In this document: piece by piece, positions 20,541 through 32,345 of the stretch
Layout of the letters: every line of letters starts with the position of its first letter
Numbering within the stretch: the stretch's first letter is position 1
Position numbers and translations under genes: made by a program
The notes under the pieces: model-generated
Told to the model about the DNA's origin: nothing
The model's input: only the letters and a program-made list of their open reading frames with translations
The model's database searches: none
Source: Amoebophrya sp. A120
Lineage: Eukaryota; Protista; Dinoflagellata
Length of the DNA: 64,000 nucleotides
Assembly: GCA_905178155.1 (NCBI GenBank)
Contig: CAJINV010000003.1
Span: 1,483,557 to 1,547,556, forward strand
Reading direction: 5' to 3'

Positions 20541-22791
20541 ATGGCGACCGGGGCCGGATCCTCTCCCAGCAATGAAAGGCAGGTAGCCGCATCTCCCAAT
20601 GACGTGCCATCCCATGTACAGATTCGAGTGCGGAACTTCACCGGCACCGAGCACGTCGCTTTCCTTGATACGTCGACTTTCAAGACCGTGCGGGATCTTT
20701 CCTGCGAGGCTGTCCTCTGTCCAGCGTTTTTCGATAAGGACGATCTACCGCCGCCCTGCCTCATTCGCTGGACACTTGTGGAGGAAGACGGTTCCGGTGG
20801 CGAACATTCTCAAAATGCCGATGCCGACAACATGCTTGTTGACGACGAGCATGCGTCGCGATCGCAATCTAAGTCGAGCCAGGAACACGACATGCGGAGC
20901 TCCTGTCGTGCCAGTCCGAGCGACGGCGCCGATGGGGTAGAAAGTCAGGAGAACGACGAAAGCAAGAAAGTCCAGGGAAGCCAGCAGAAATTCCTCCAGG
21001 TGAACAAGGAAGTCGAACAGGGCCAGGAAGACGACCAGAGCCAGGAAGTCGAACAGGGCCAGGAAGCCGAGGGGACCCCGGGCCCGGGAGTCCAGGAGAA
21101 CCCGGAAAACGAGCAGAGCCAGTTAGACAGCGACGCGGACGAGATGTCGGAGTGGGAGTCTGAGTCGAGCTCGAGCAGTGTAAGCAGCAGCCAGAGCTGC
21201 AGCATTGCAAGCGAAGAGTCCACCTCGGGGTTTTTAAGTCCGGACACAAAGTTGCAGTTTGTTCAACATGTTGTCTACCAGTTTGCTGTGGTTTCGAAAG
21301 CCTGCGACATGCGGCTACGGCCTGACGAAGCTGACCAAAGCTACAGGCGACGCGTCGCGCGCATGATTGATTCGCTGACCTCCGTCGAAGAGGCGCATGC
21401 GTTTCTTTACGACCACCCCTACAGCAATATTCCGGCCCAGCATCTCGACTTGTTATGGGGCGTCTTACCAACCCAGCGCGGGATACAAATTAAAGTCGCT
21501 CCCACTCGATTATCGTCGAGCGGCAGAAGACTTCGAAGAATTCGCTCAGGGAGGTGGAACCTGATGTGCGCTGCATTAGAGCTGACTGCAACGCAGTGGA
21601 GTAAGCGGCTCCAGACCATTCAACCGCAGCCACCGCAGCCGCACCACTTGCTCGTGGCACCCTTTTCGAATTCGTTGAACACGTATCGGACTTATTTTCA
21701 TATGGAGAAAAACAACGGACCAGACGGTCATCACAACTACGCAGGGGAATACTTTTCCCCGCTAGAGGATCGCGTCCACCGTCCTGGTCAACCGGTTCGA
21801 GTGATGCCGTTTCCTGGTCCAGATCATGTCTTTCCATCGCGTTCCCTGTTCGCTTTCGGAGTTGCGCAACACATCTTCCACCACGGCCCGCACGCGGAAG
21901 ATAGCCGAGCGCGTGATCTTTTCAACCCGCATCTTGGGTTTCCTCAAGGTGTAGGGCGGACCGAACTCCTGCGTGTGTTGGAGCGAGCGCTGGAAGTAGC
22001 TCACGTCGGGGGAAGATGGGCTTTGAAAATGTTGCAGATGACGATCTTCGTGGACCCGTGCCCGGATAGGCAACTTGGAAGTCTATGCGACATGCAGAAA
22101 AGCGGCGACTTTTGTCAGACTCTGCTGAAACAGTTGGCGAAAAATGGCGACAGTCTGGCTGAGTTTTTTGCGTTGCTCCCACACCATGACAGTTGCGAGG
22201 GTCCACACAACCAGCGTGAGTGGAAGAGGAAAATTCGAATTGGAGTCGAACGCACACTCGCCACGATCTCCAAGCAGCCGCACTGGTCCGACGACCTGCG
22301 CGAAGAATACTACAGACGTGAGCTTCCCGAAAGCATTTCTGACGCACTAAAGGAAGTATCCACGCTGCAGAAAATGTCCCTTGACCTTGCGGAATTTCTC
22401 GAGTTAAAAATCTGCCAGAAAACCAATCTGAAGTACGACTCTGCGCTCCTGCGGAAGACCCTGCGGGACGTGATCGAGAACACCAGCCTGGGTGGAGCCG
22501 GTAGTTCCAGCCTTGTGTACTGGCTTCGATTGCACACCCGCAGTACAGTACTGCGGGTGTGCAATCGAAGCCTACTGTCGGGAAGTTCACGACGTGGTAA
22601 CGGAGGAGCTCGGTGTCACAGTTAATTGGGAGCAAGTGCGCGTTGTTTTTGGCAAGCCCACGATCACCTTCCGCGCCGACAATGAAGGACCGACGGCAAT
22701 GCTTGCAACCGGAGGTGCTTCATCCTCATCAGCACCGGTACCGGAACAAGTGCCACCGCCAAACCAGCGCGCGTCCGGAGCTGAGGTTTAA
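20541..22791 (+). CDS. Hypothetical protein (acidic low-complexity N-half), with a 55-nt hairpin intron near the 3' end
   Basis: Long ORF from 20541. Removing 22522-22576 joins SSLVY to CREVHDVVTEELG...SGAEV-TAA (22791). Confidence 0.7.
22522..22572. mobile_element. Perfect-hairpin micro-introner
   Basis: 25-bp perfect arms GGCTTCGATTGCACACCCGCAGTAC / GTACTGCGGGTGTGCAATCGAAGCC around a 1-nt loop. Direct repeat TACT(G) at 22518 and 22573. Confidence 0.85.
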
Positions 22792-23282
22792 CACGCCTGT
22801 CCCGATTTTTGAAAGGTTGCTTGCCTTCGGTTCTTTTTGAACAGAGTGAAGAACAATTCAATAAAATAACTGAACGAAAGTGTGGACTGCAGAGATCATT
22901 AAATTAGAAACTCTGGATGAATGCCACAGAAACGTTCGAGAATGTCCGTGGACGATATGAAATATCAATCGGCGGCAAGAAGCAAGAACAGCTACAAATC
23001 GTGTATTGTAAAGTGAGGATTTTCATCTCCTGACACTCACGACTGGTTTATTTTTCGTCAGGAAAACGAAAGAGAAAGGCGGATGCGGATCCGATCCTGC
23101 TACATGTTCACCCAGCTCTGGTAAACCGACGGATCTAGAGCCGGACCAACGTATTTTTGAACGAAGGAAAGGCACATTTTTTTCAGCGTACCTTCTTGGC
23201 GAGTGGTCAGGAGCGCTCATCTGGCATTGCGAGTAAAGCAGATGATATAGGTTTCACGCGATTCCGTTTTTCGCCAAACAAG

Positions 23283-24866
23283 ATGTCCAACGCAGCGCAC
23301 GCTGGGCCTGCCACATCGGGCCCGCCATGGGAGGACTTGGACTACCCACGACTAGCGAGCACGCGCCAGCTAGAACTGCCGCCCGGTGTGACGGTGCCCT
23401 CTCGACTCCCCGAAGAGCGGTCCCTGGACGTGGACGGTACAAGGGTCCTATACTGGTCGCGTTTTATACTCGGGCCCCGAGGCGGCTGTAATGAGAACGA
23501 CCCTGTGCGCCTGGTGGTTTGCCTTCCCGGGTTGTGCTGCTCGAAAGCGGATTTTCAGGCGGCTGTGTGCCACGCGGAGCACCCGGATATGCCCATCCAC
23601 GTCGTCGCTATGGACTGGCCGCAAACAATTTGCGGCGAAGGCGAGCACGGAGCCGCCGCTTTCCCGACGATGACCGACCTGGGTGCGTTCGTAAGTAAGT
23701 TCGTTGCCGCAGTGTGGGAGGAAAGTGCGCGCGAGTTGGCTCATGTTTGTCTGGAGAAAGAACCCGTTCTCGTCGGTCACAGCATGGGCGGCGTTGCAGG
23801 TCTTTTCTGCATAGGGAATGACAACTTCCGGCTAGTTACGCAGCAGACACGTCGCACGACGTATCACTCTTTTGTCAATGTGGAGGGGTCGTTTATCGGG
23901 TCGCGGAAGAATCTCATCGTTCATCTATGGGAGGAGCATTTTGCAAAGGGAGAAGAGCTTCCGCTTGAAACGCTCCAGCGCGAACTGGGCGAGAGAAATG
24001 AGGAGCCCGAACAGCTGCTTGCAGCGCAAAAGGAAGAGGTGGAACTACAGCCGACGAGTAGCTCAAGAACGGAAATTGAGGTGGGTCCGCGTCGCTGGCG
24101 TCGACACCTCGGGGAGTGTGGCGGCGTGCAGGCGTGGAAACAATATTCGGAACCTCTGGTGCGACATTGGACTGACGAAGGGAGCATAGAAAAAGCTAAA
24201 GGATGGTACCGAGATTGCATCCTGTCAAAGCAGGCCGTACAAGCCGGCGCGACGTGGACATCTGAAAAATCGGCTCTGGCGGCATCGCGACATGCAGCGG
24301 ACACGCTATACTCCTCGACGGCCGACGCGACCTTGGTCGGGGCAGAAGCGGCTTCACACGTTGCCGCGGAAGAAGTAGAACCCAGAAGCCTCCATTTAGA
24401 CGTGCCAGTGGAGCAGGACAGGGCTGAAGAGAATCCACGAGATGATCACTATAGCAGCAAAGTGCCGGCTTTGTTCGTGATCGGGGAACACAACAAAACG
24501 AACTTTCAGAAGGAGTATGCGTTTCTGCAGCAAAACAGTTATGATGTGGTTGCTGTGAACGGCGCAGGCCACTTTCCCATGATAGACCAGCCACAACAGT
24601 TTTGGAAGCTGGTTTCAGATTGGATTCGAGAAATCGACGGTCTACGTCGACAGCTTTCCGCAGCATCTCAAATGCCTTTTGGGGCAAAGTCACGCATCAC
24701 TGGTTGCGCAAAACTGAAGGATCATCTACCGGTTTGCTGTTCATGCGTAGTGTTTGTTGCTTTCAATGTATTGAAGCACTGTAATAGCTATGTTGTCAGT
24801 TGGTTTAAGTACTCGGTATTTGCTTTCTTTTTGTTTCGCCGCTCTTCGAAAGAAGTGAATTTCTGA
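23283..24866 (+). CDS. Alpha/beta hydrolase fold protein
   Basis: VVCLPGLCC oxyanion region, VLVGHSMGG nucleophile elbow, VPALFVIGE, GAGHFPMIDQP catalytic His. The true 3' end is uncertain. Confidence 0.85.
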   Translation: MSNAAHAGPATSGPPWEDLDYPRLASTRQLELPPGVTVPSRLPEERSLDVDGTRVLYWSRFILGPRGGCNENDPVRLVVCLPGLCCSKADFQAAVCHAEHPDMPIHVVAMDWPQTICGEGEHGAAAFPTMTDLGAFVSKFVAAVWEESARELAHVCLEKEPVLVGHSMGGVAGLFCIGNDNFRLVTQQTRRTTYHSFVNVEGSFIGSRKNLIVHLWEEHFAKGEELPLETLQRELGERNEEPEQLLAAQKEEVELQPTSSSRTEIEVGPRRWRRHLGECGGVQAWKQYSEPLVRHWTDEGSIEKAKGWYRDCILSKQAVQAGATWTSEKSALAASRHAADTLYSSTADATLVGAEAASHVAAEEVEPRSLHLDVPVEQDRAEENPRDDHYSSKVPALFVIGEHNKTNFQKEYAFLQQNSYDVVAVNGAGHFPMIDQPQQFWKLVSDWIREIDGLRRQLSAASQMPFGAKSRITGCAKLKDHLPVCCSCVVFVAFNVLKHCNSYVVSWFKYSVFAFFLFRRSSKEVNF

Positions 24867-25028
24867 CGTCGTGGCTACTCAATGCCGTAGACAGCTGCAA
24901 GGTGCCTTGTGTACTACTAGTTCTTTTTATTGTTTCGGAAAAATGAAATGCAAGCGCGAGAAGCGCAAGTAGTACCCTGTGTGTACCTGTAAGGTCGTGA
25001 AGTACCATCAGAGTCTGCGACACAGAAA

Positions 25029-26783
25029 ATGAGTCGAGCTTCTCCAGACCTCGAGGCTCCGCTCCTTCTGGTTCGAAACGATGGACCGCCGGTGAAAGGA
25101 CCTGCTGGTGTTGCTGTCCAGTCTAAGTCTCAGCTTGCGCAGCAGAACCCAACGCGTCTGAGCATCGATTGGAGCAGCACGACGGGACTGCGGGGCCTGT
25201 GCGCGGTGCAGATCATGGTGGGTCACTTTTTCTTCGGCATGGCGCCGCGGAGCTTGCGACAAGTGTGCAACGATCCCGGGGTGACCGACAAGGCGTACGC
25301 TGTGATAGTCGCCATGGATCAGCCGGTAGCGCTGTTTTTCCTCCTGAGCGGCCTTCTGTACGGCGTTCTCTACTACGACAAGCTGGACTGGATACAACCC
25401 GTTTTTAGTAGCAGCTCGCATGATAAAAACCAGCCCCAACAACGACCTGAATCAACAAGTTCAAAAAAGACCAACTATGAAGTCTGGAAGACATTCACAC
25501 AACGGCGGTTTGCGCGTTTGGCTCCTGCATGGTACGTGGCTCTCCTGTGTATGATGCCGTTTTACCTGCCGGACGAGAACCTCCGACCGCAGCGAACGAA
25601 GGTCGAAGGCACGTTGACGGCGGTGACGTTTTTGCAGAGCGTGCTGGGCCCGCCCGACGGGTTTCCTCACGTCATTCCGCCACCGCACGGCCCCGGCTGG
25701 CAAATCTCCGCCTTCATGCTCTCCTACGCCTGCTTACCGCCGGTGTTTTGGCTGTTCAAACGGTACATCTACATGCTCTATGTAGTATAGCAGGTTTTTG
25801 AAGAGTACAAGTGGTACTTTTTGTCTAAGTTCGATTGAAACAAATGAATTTGATGAAAGTCACGTTTTGTTTCATGCATGCTTGGATCTTGATCCGCTTT
25901 GTTTCATTCTCTTACCGCCAGGTTGCCAGACGTTGCCTTAGCTTTGCTGATCGTCGCGCTTTTCGGTGTGAGCCTGGGGGTGATGCAGCTTTGCCTGTAC
26001 TGGATTCCGATCGGTTTTGTGCACTCCTTTTTCTTCGCTCGTTTCCCGAACGTCATGATGGGCGTAGCGCTGGGGATGCTAGCCAAAAGACGGGTCTGTC
26101 CGGAGAAGCGCACGCACCAGGAGAGTTTTATTTGGTCGGCGTTCGACAGAATGTCAATACTGTCGACTTCTCTACCCACGAATAAAACAAGCCTCGTCAG
26201 TGAAAAACGGAAGTGGCTTCTGGACGGCTGCTTCGCAATCTACGTGTGCTACAATGCGGGGTATGTGCCCTTGACGCATTACGACGGGGACATCTGGCTT
26301 CAGTTCTACCTGCTGCCGCTGTATTGCGTCTGGCTCTGGTGGCTCGTCGTGGTTGTGGATAACACAAAAGGCAAAGAGATTTTGGAGCCCCCGCAGAGGA
26401 GCAGTGCGATGATCACATCGGGCGGAGAGAAGAACTCGACGTCTTATTCCAGTACGATATCGGAACAAGCTCAAGCTGCAAGAAAGCCCACTGTTGTCGA
26501 GACTGTTTTGACGTCAGAATGCCTGCAAACTACTGGGGATTGGTCTTACGTGTTGTACTGTTTCCACTGGCCGACCTACTACTTCGCTACTTGGTTACTC
26601 TCTGGGTTCTCGACGGAATTCATCTGGCATCGCTGCTTGATACTCGCGCAAGGCAATGGCTGCTTCGGAATGGAGTACTGGCATTTGCCGATTGCCGTCG
26701 GCCTCTGCTTTTGTTTCTCCGGGTTTTTCTCGATCTACGTCGAGGACCGAATACGGAAAAAGATTGACGCCGTTTTGGGATAG
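25029..26783 (+). CDS. Acyltransferase family 3 (OafA-like) membrane protein
   Basis: GLRGLCAVQIMVGH, VALFFLLSG, RRFARLAP, GWQIS, GDWSYVLYCFHWP, SIYVEDRIR. GT-AG intron 25763-25921 keeps the frame (KR-LPDV). Confidence 0.9.
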
Positions 26784-27525
26784 GAAGATGAAGTGAGCAC
26801 TCGTTTATTTGTTTTCAAGTGTAAACACTCGACAATATCGATGTAACTAGTCGATTGAGCATTTCTTATTCAAACATAAGCAACTACGCGCACAGGCAGA
26901 TCTACTGAATAAAGTCATATCATACGAAAAACGAGTGGCACGTAGTCATGAAAGTGATGTTTCGCTATGGCTCGAAGCATTCTTTTTCACCAAACCAAAA
27001 TGTATAAAAAGTGAAACAGCAGACAGAGTTTCTAAAATCCAAGTTTTTCGTGGGCGATGGCGATTGCGAAGAAGAGAAGGCAGCACCTCTCGCTTCCAGC
27101 TGTCCCGCCTTGCCCGGTATTGGACCTCGTTTTATGGAACGGCTCCTAGGGCGGAAAGACGAGTCTTTCGGGCGGAAAGACGAATCTTGTCGTCTTGGAA
27201 CGCAGCGTCTTAGAGGACGCTCCCCAAGGATAGTTTGCTTCCTGAGTACGATGCTTTCCTTCCCGACGGGAATAACCCTTTGCAGAAAATTTGCGTTTTG
27301 CTCTTCAGGAAGACTACGCTTGTAGTGAAGATACGATCTTTCTTTTACGAATTGAAATTGGTCCGTGTTTGATCTGTTGGCTCCCAGCAGTACGCCAGAA
27401 CCTCGCATTTTCATCACAAGAGGATACTTGTTTTGTCGATAGGGTTAGAGAGATAAATAGTGCCTATGTATCAGATCTAGTAAAGTCAGTGGCATCCTGT
27501 AACGCTCGCAATTATTTGGAAAGAC

Positions 27526-30500
27526 ATGCGTACTATCGGAAGGATTGGGCTTGAGGCCCAGTACAACGCGCGAACCGGCTCTGCAGTGAAGGCGGAGCAT
27601 GTCTGGTTCGTCCGTTCCATGCTGGCGTTACTGACAGCCGCTGCGGTTTCGCTTTGGGATTTCGTCGTGCCATATTTTTACTTCGAGCTGTTCCTGCCCA
27701 CAGTTGGCCGCTATGCACTTACCGAAGCGTGGGTTGCCAGTGGGGCCTTCTTCCTCTGGATTAACGTTTTCAGTCTCATCCGGACCGCCGGGCTCCGTAG
27801 CGAGACGCTTAATAAGTGGCACATACACGATTACAAGGCCCGCATGGCCGGTCGCGGCTGGACCGTAGAAGCAGAGGCGGGGGATGTTGGCACTGTTAGC
27901 CACATATCTTCCGCCGCCAGGAGCGATGTTGTTTTCGCGAGCAGCGAAGTAGAGGCGGCCAAGACGACGTCCCGAAAAAATCTACGCCAGGAGAAATGGA
28001 CGTGGAGGCAGTATTTGTTTCAGAGTCAGGGCGCAAAGAAAGCTTTTCTGCCAGTTTTCGTCTACATGTTGGCGATATTTCTATTCCACGAGTTCGTACG
28101 CAAGAGGCCACCGCTAACGGAGAGGTACCCGGATAAATTCCGTTGCCTGGCGGAACTGGGTTTCGGAGTGGTTGCGTACGTATGGGCTCAGAGAAATTCA
28201 TGTCTAGTACCATGTTCGAAAATTTAAATTTCGCAGTTTTCGAATAGCGCCAATGGCAAAACATTGCGCGCCTCCTTTGCTTGTGCAAGTTGCCCAGCCA
28301 CGGAGCTGCTGCCAGAGTCGAACCGCTACAGTTCTGCAAGAAGTAGCGACGGCAGCGCCGGCGCCGCGCTTTTTATTTCGCACGTTAAGCGCTTCGGCCC
28401 TCTGGGTTATGACCTCACTCCTGGCATCCTGCTCTGTTGTGGTCGTCGCCCGGGCACAGGCCTGCCGCCCACGTTGGGGCCTTTGCCCGAAGAAAAAACT
28501 GGAGCAGTTGCACTGGTCGCCGGCTTGTGTTTCTCGGTCTTAGGTGTTTCGGCTCAGTTTGGTGGCTCTGCGTGTTTTCGGTTTTCGGCGGTTTTGTCGG
28601 CCATCGGGGGCCGCGATTTGGGGGCAGGGCATAGGGGTTCTGGCCGCCGGGAGCGTCTGTAGTTCGCCCCTCTGAGTGGCAGAGCGACACCTCTACAGAC
28701 GGCAAGCATTCACGATCGGCACTGGCACTATGAAGATTGTGGCTAAGAAACCAGCTGAGTGGAGTGCGTTGCGAACCACTTTAGGGCATGTTCTGAATAG
28801 TGAGGGGCCCGGCTCCGGTTTTCAGGGGGTGCGCTCTGTGGTCCCCTCGCGGTGTGTAGCTGCAAGGCTTTGCCGGAAGGTGGCTGCCCGAGCCCTCCTT
28901 CCGGCGCCCTCCAGGCATTCTCTTGTGGGGTGTTTTAAGTCGTCGTCGATGTGGCGCCACGCTAGGGCCAGCTCGGAAAAGGAAGGGCATTAGGTCCGCG
29001 CCCGGCTTCGCATAGGCCAGGGCGCAAGAGGTTTCGGGCCGTGGACAAGCAAAGCCAACAAAGCTGAGCGCCTTCGCCGTGGTTCGGCAAGCTGGTTGCC
29101 CTTCGTGAAGTGAAGCGCCTCAACTCCGGCCATTTTTGTAAAACCCGCCCCCGACTGCGAGGTGGCTCGAGGCGAGACAAATGACACGGCCCCACGTGGA
29201 TGCCAGCATAGGCAGGCTCCTCCCGCTTCGGCCTCTGGGGCAGGTAGGTCTGCAAGGGTTGAGCGGCCTCAGCTCAGAAGGGGGCGATGGGCTTTGCCTT
29301 CAAAGCTGAAGCGCCTCGGGTCTGGCCATTTAGAAGAAAGCAGCGGGAGGGCCGGGGCCGTTTCCGGGTTGGGACGAGGGGCGCCTGGGTTCCGAAGAAT
29401 GTGGCGGAGGTTTGGAAGGAGGGGGTCCAGGCTCCGGATGAGGGCGCTTGGGCTGTGGAAGAAGTGGTCTGGGTTCCGCGTGAAGGGGGCCGGGGCCCAC
29501 AGGAGAAGACCTGGCTCCGGGAGTAGGCGGCTGAACTTGTAGAGGAGGTGGTCCGGGTTGGGAAGGAGAAGGCTCGGGCCCCAGGGGAGGTAGCGGGGGT
29601 TGGGGGAGGAGGTAGTTGGGACATCTGCTGGCGCTAGTGCAAATTGTTGGGGATGAATCGTTTTCGTTTTGGATTTGCGTTCGACTCTTCCGGCTACACC
29701 TTGCAATGAGTCCAGGCAGGGACTCCTTGCAAGGACTCCTTCGAAGGAGTCTTTTAAATTTACGCACTTGAATTTATTGCCATTGGCAACAAATTCAAGT
29801 GCGTAAATTTAAAAGACAGTAAATTCAAGTGCGTAAATTTAATTATGAAGAGAAATAGTTGAGACTCTATTGAAAGAGTCATTGCAGTGAGTCGTTCCAG
29901 TGACTCTTTTAAATTTTCACACTTGAATTGTTACCCATCGGGGGTAGCAAAAAAAAGAGTGCTGAAAGCGACTCGTTTTTCGAGACCAATAACAGCCCCA
30001 ACAAATTTTCACACTTGAATTAATTTCCACCAGGAGGAGTCGCCTTCGTCAGTGGCGAATAGATTTTCAGTTTACAATGGGCATTTTCACCTCTAGGTGA
30101 GAGGCGAAAGCGCTGTCGCCTCTCACCTAGAGGTGAAAATCCTCATTGGTAACTGAAAAGCTTTTCAGTTACCAATGGGGATTTTCGCCACTCGGTGAGT
30201 GGCGAAAGCGCTTTCGCCACTCACCGAGTGGTGAAAATCCCCATTGGTAGCTGAAAAATGTTTCAGTTACCAATGGGGATTTTCACCAGCCGGGGGCCGG
30301 CGAAAGGCATTTACACACTTGAATTTCTCAGGCTCTAAAAGAAAAGCGGCGTTTTTCTTTTAGAGCCTGAGAAATTCATGTGTGTCAAATTCGATTTCTT
30401 CAAAAAGTTCAACCTTTGGCCGCCGTGATCCGGAGCTGGCAATCAAGCCAGCCCCGACGGTCGGCGACCAACCGCCTTGTTGGCGAAAGCGGATTGGTTC

Positions 30501-32345
30501 AACATTTACACACATGAATTTCTCATGCTCTAGAAGAAAAACGCCGCTTTTCTTTTAGAGCCTGAGAAATTCATGTGTGTCAGATTTGATTACTTGAAAA
30601 GATTGAACCTTTGGCCGCCGTGATCCGGAGCTGGCAATCAAGCCAGCCCAGACGGCCGGCGACCAGCCGCCCTTTTGATGGAAGGGGATTGGCTCAACAT
30701 TTACACACATGAATTTCTCAGGCTCTGAAAGAAAGACGCCGTTTTTCTTTCAGAGCCTGAGAAATTCATGTGTGTCGAATTTGTTGGCTTCGGAACCTCA
30801 AAGCCGTGGTGGGCACCTCATGGACTAGGCAATGGAGCCAACCTCGGCGTTCGGGGATCAAGCGGCTCCGGATCGAGGGCCGGCTTGTTCGAAGTCCACA
30901 AAAGAGAAGCTCCAGAGTTCTGGAAGAAAAACGGCGCGTACCTTTCAGAGTTCTCGAAGCCCCCTTTTCGGGGCCTTGTTGACTTTGGAAGCTGAATGGG
31001 GTTCGCCGGGGCCGGGTTTTGGGCGCGTGTTATAAGATTCGCAGAGGGTTTCGAAGTTTGCGAATTTTAAATTTTCAGAAATGGACTCTCACATGAATTT
31101 CCGAGAGCCTATAGTACGACTTCTTGATGTTCTGGATTCACGTACTTTTTCTGCACCAAATTCCGCTAAAAACGCTCTGTTCGAGGAACCGTCTCGTGGA
31201 CTGGTGGGTGACCACGACACAGCAGCGCAACAAGACGCTGGTGCTCACAGCGTGGTGGGGCCGTGGGACAACGGCGCGCTCTCAGGATGAAGACCGGGAA
31301 AATATTGAATCGTCTGGCAAGAAAAACCAAGTGTGGATCATGTGGCGCGGAAGAAGCAAAACGACAACGAGGAAATCAAGTGAAGAGGACCACAACTCCT
31401 GTCGGGGAAGCACAGTGGTCCCTAGGTCGGTTCCGGCTGGCACCACAACGAGAAGTAACAACGCAGTTACACAACTCGTGGAGAAGAACAAGAAATTCGA
31501 TCAGATCATGCAGATCGGCCATGATCATGTGAGCCTTGGTGCCCAGGCTACTATTTGCCGCTCCTTCCAACCCTCCAATCCACCGGGTAAGGTCAGCAAG
31601 TGGCACTCGCGACACCATAGTGCGGCGGCGGCGGCGCTGTGGCCGGTGGACACGGTGCACCACGGGCTGTTGGACGGTTTTCTGCAGGTCGCAGTCAACA
31701 TTGCGGTGCAGCAGAAGAGCTTTTTGTTTTTCCCGGGCAGTTATCAAATGCAAACATGTCTGGGTCTGGAAACTTGTGATGCTAAAATGTGGATGAGGAT
31801 GATGGAAACACTTCCGACTGCAGCCCACCATGACAGTCCGCAGGGGAAACTGCGTTTTTGCATGACAGCACAGATGGCTGCGGCTTTTGTCGGTTATGTT
31901 GAGCTAGCATTACAAGTTCCAGCTTCCCAGACCCAGACATATTTGCATTTGATAGCAGTCTTCCTAAGCACGACTTCACGCGTTTGCTGCACAATGTGCT
32001 GATCACCTTTCTCTTGACCGAATCCCACTCCGGCCTGGATGCGCCGTTTTCGCTGCACCGCGTCCTGGGTAAGAAGTTCTACGTATGAAATGCAAATGCA
32101 TCGTACTAGTAGAAATCGCATGACAAATTCTCTCAGCATGAAAAATGAAGTTTGTAATGCGGATTGAGGTTAAGAAGGAGATTTGTAATGCATGACTGGG
32201 ATTATTACGAGTACGATACTTTTGCACAGGATACTACGGCGGCGCTTGGAATCATGACGCGCATCACGCGGGCGGAAACCGTCACCTCCAACAGTTCTTC
32301 TGCTACCTGGACTGGTTCTTCAAGCTGGACGAACAACCTGCGTGA
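27526..32345 (+). CDS. Fatty acid hydroxylase / sterol desaturase family protein, interrupted by three introners
   Basis: After removing elements 28181-31113, 31742-31954 and 32084-32233 (each plus one TSD) the protein reads VAYDFLMFWIHVLFLH...WHSRHH...ESHSGLDAPF...FYGGAWNHDAHH...YLDWFF, i.e. the family His boxes. Stop TGA at 32343-32345. Confidence 0.88.
28181..31113. mobile_element. Giant (2933 bp) introner with about 64-bp TIRs and internal cargo
   Basis: Left TATGGGCTCAGAGAAATTCATGTCTAGTACCATGTTCGAAAATTTAAATTTCGCAG aligns with the reverse complement of the right end, TATAGGCTCTCGGAAATTCATGTGAGAGTCCATTTCTGAAAATTTAAAATTCGCAA. TSD GTACG at 28176-28180 and 31114-31118. Confidence 0.9.
29734..30781. 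repeat. Cluster of palindromes and a 195-bp hairpin-containing tandem repeat inside the giant introner
   Basis: 27-bp arms at 29749-29775 and 29791-29817. Chained hairpins at about 30060-30300. Units start at 30308, 30503 and 30698, each with GAATTTCTCA(G/T)GCTCT...AGAGCCTGAGAAATTC. Confidence 0.9.
31742..31954. mobile_element. Introner element, family A
   Basis: TATCAAATGCAAACATGTCTGGGTCTGG ... CCAGACCCAGACATATTTGCATTTGATA. TSD GCAGT at 31737-31741 and 31955-31959. Confidence 0.93.
32084..32233. mobile_element. Introner element, family C (150 bp)
   Basis: TATGAAATGCAAATGCATCGTACT ... AGTACGATACTTTTGCACAGGATA. TSD CTACG at 32079-32083 and 32234-32238. It is the reverse-orientation homologue of 34014-34163. 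Confidence 0.88.

Noticed and set aside
27149-27190. 21-bp tandem duplication GGGCGGAAAGACGA(G/A)TCTT
   Set aside because: Two copies only, consistent with ordinary slippage.
28253-29767. Intact transposase inside the giant introner
   Set aside because: Only short stop-interrupted ORFs, with no DDE, HUH or tyrosine recombinase motif recognisable by eye.
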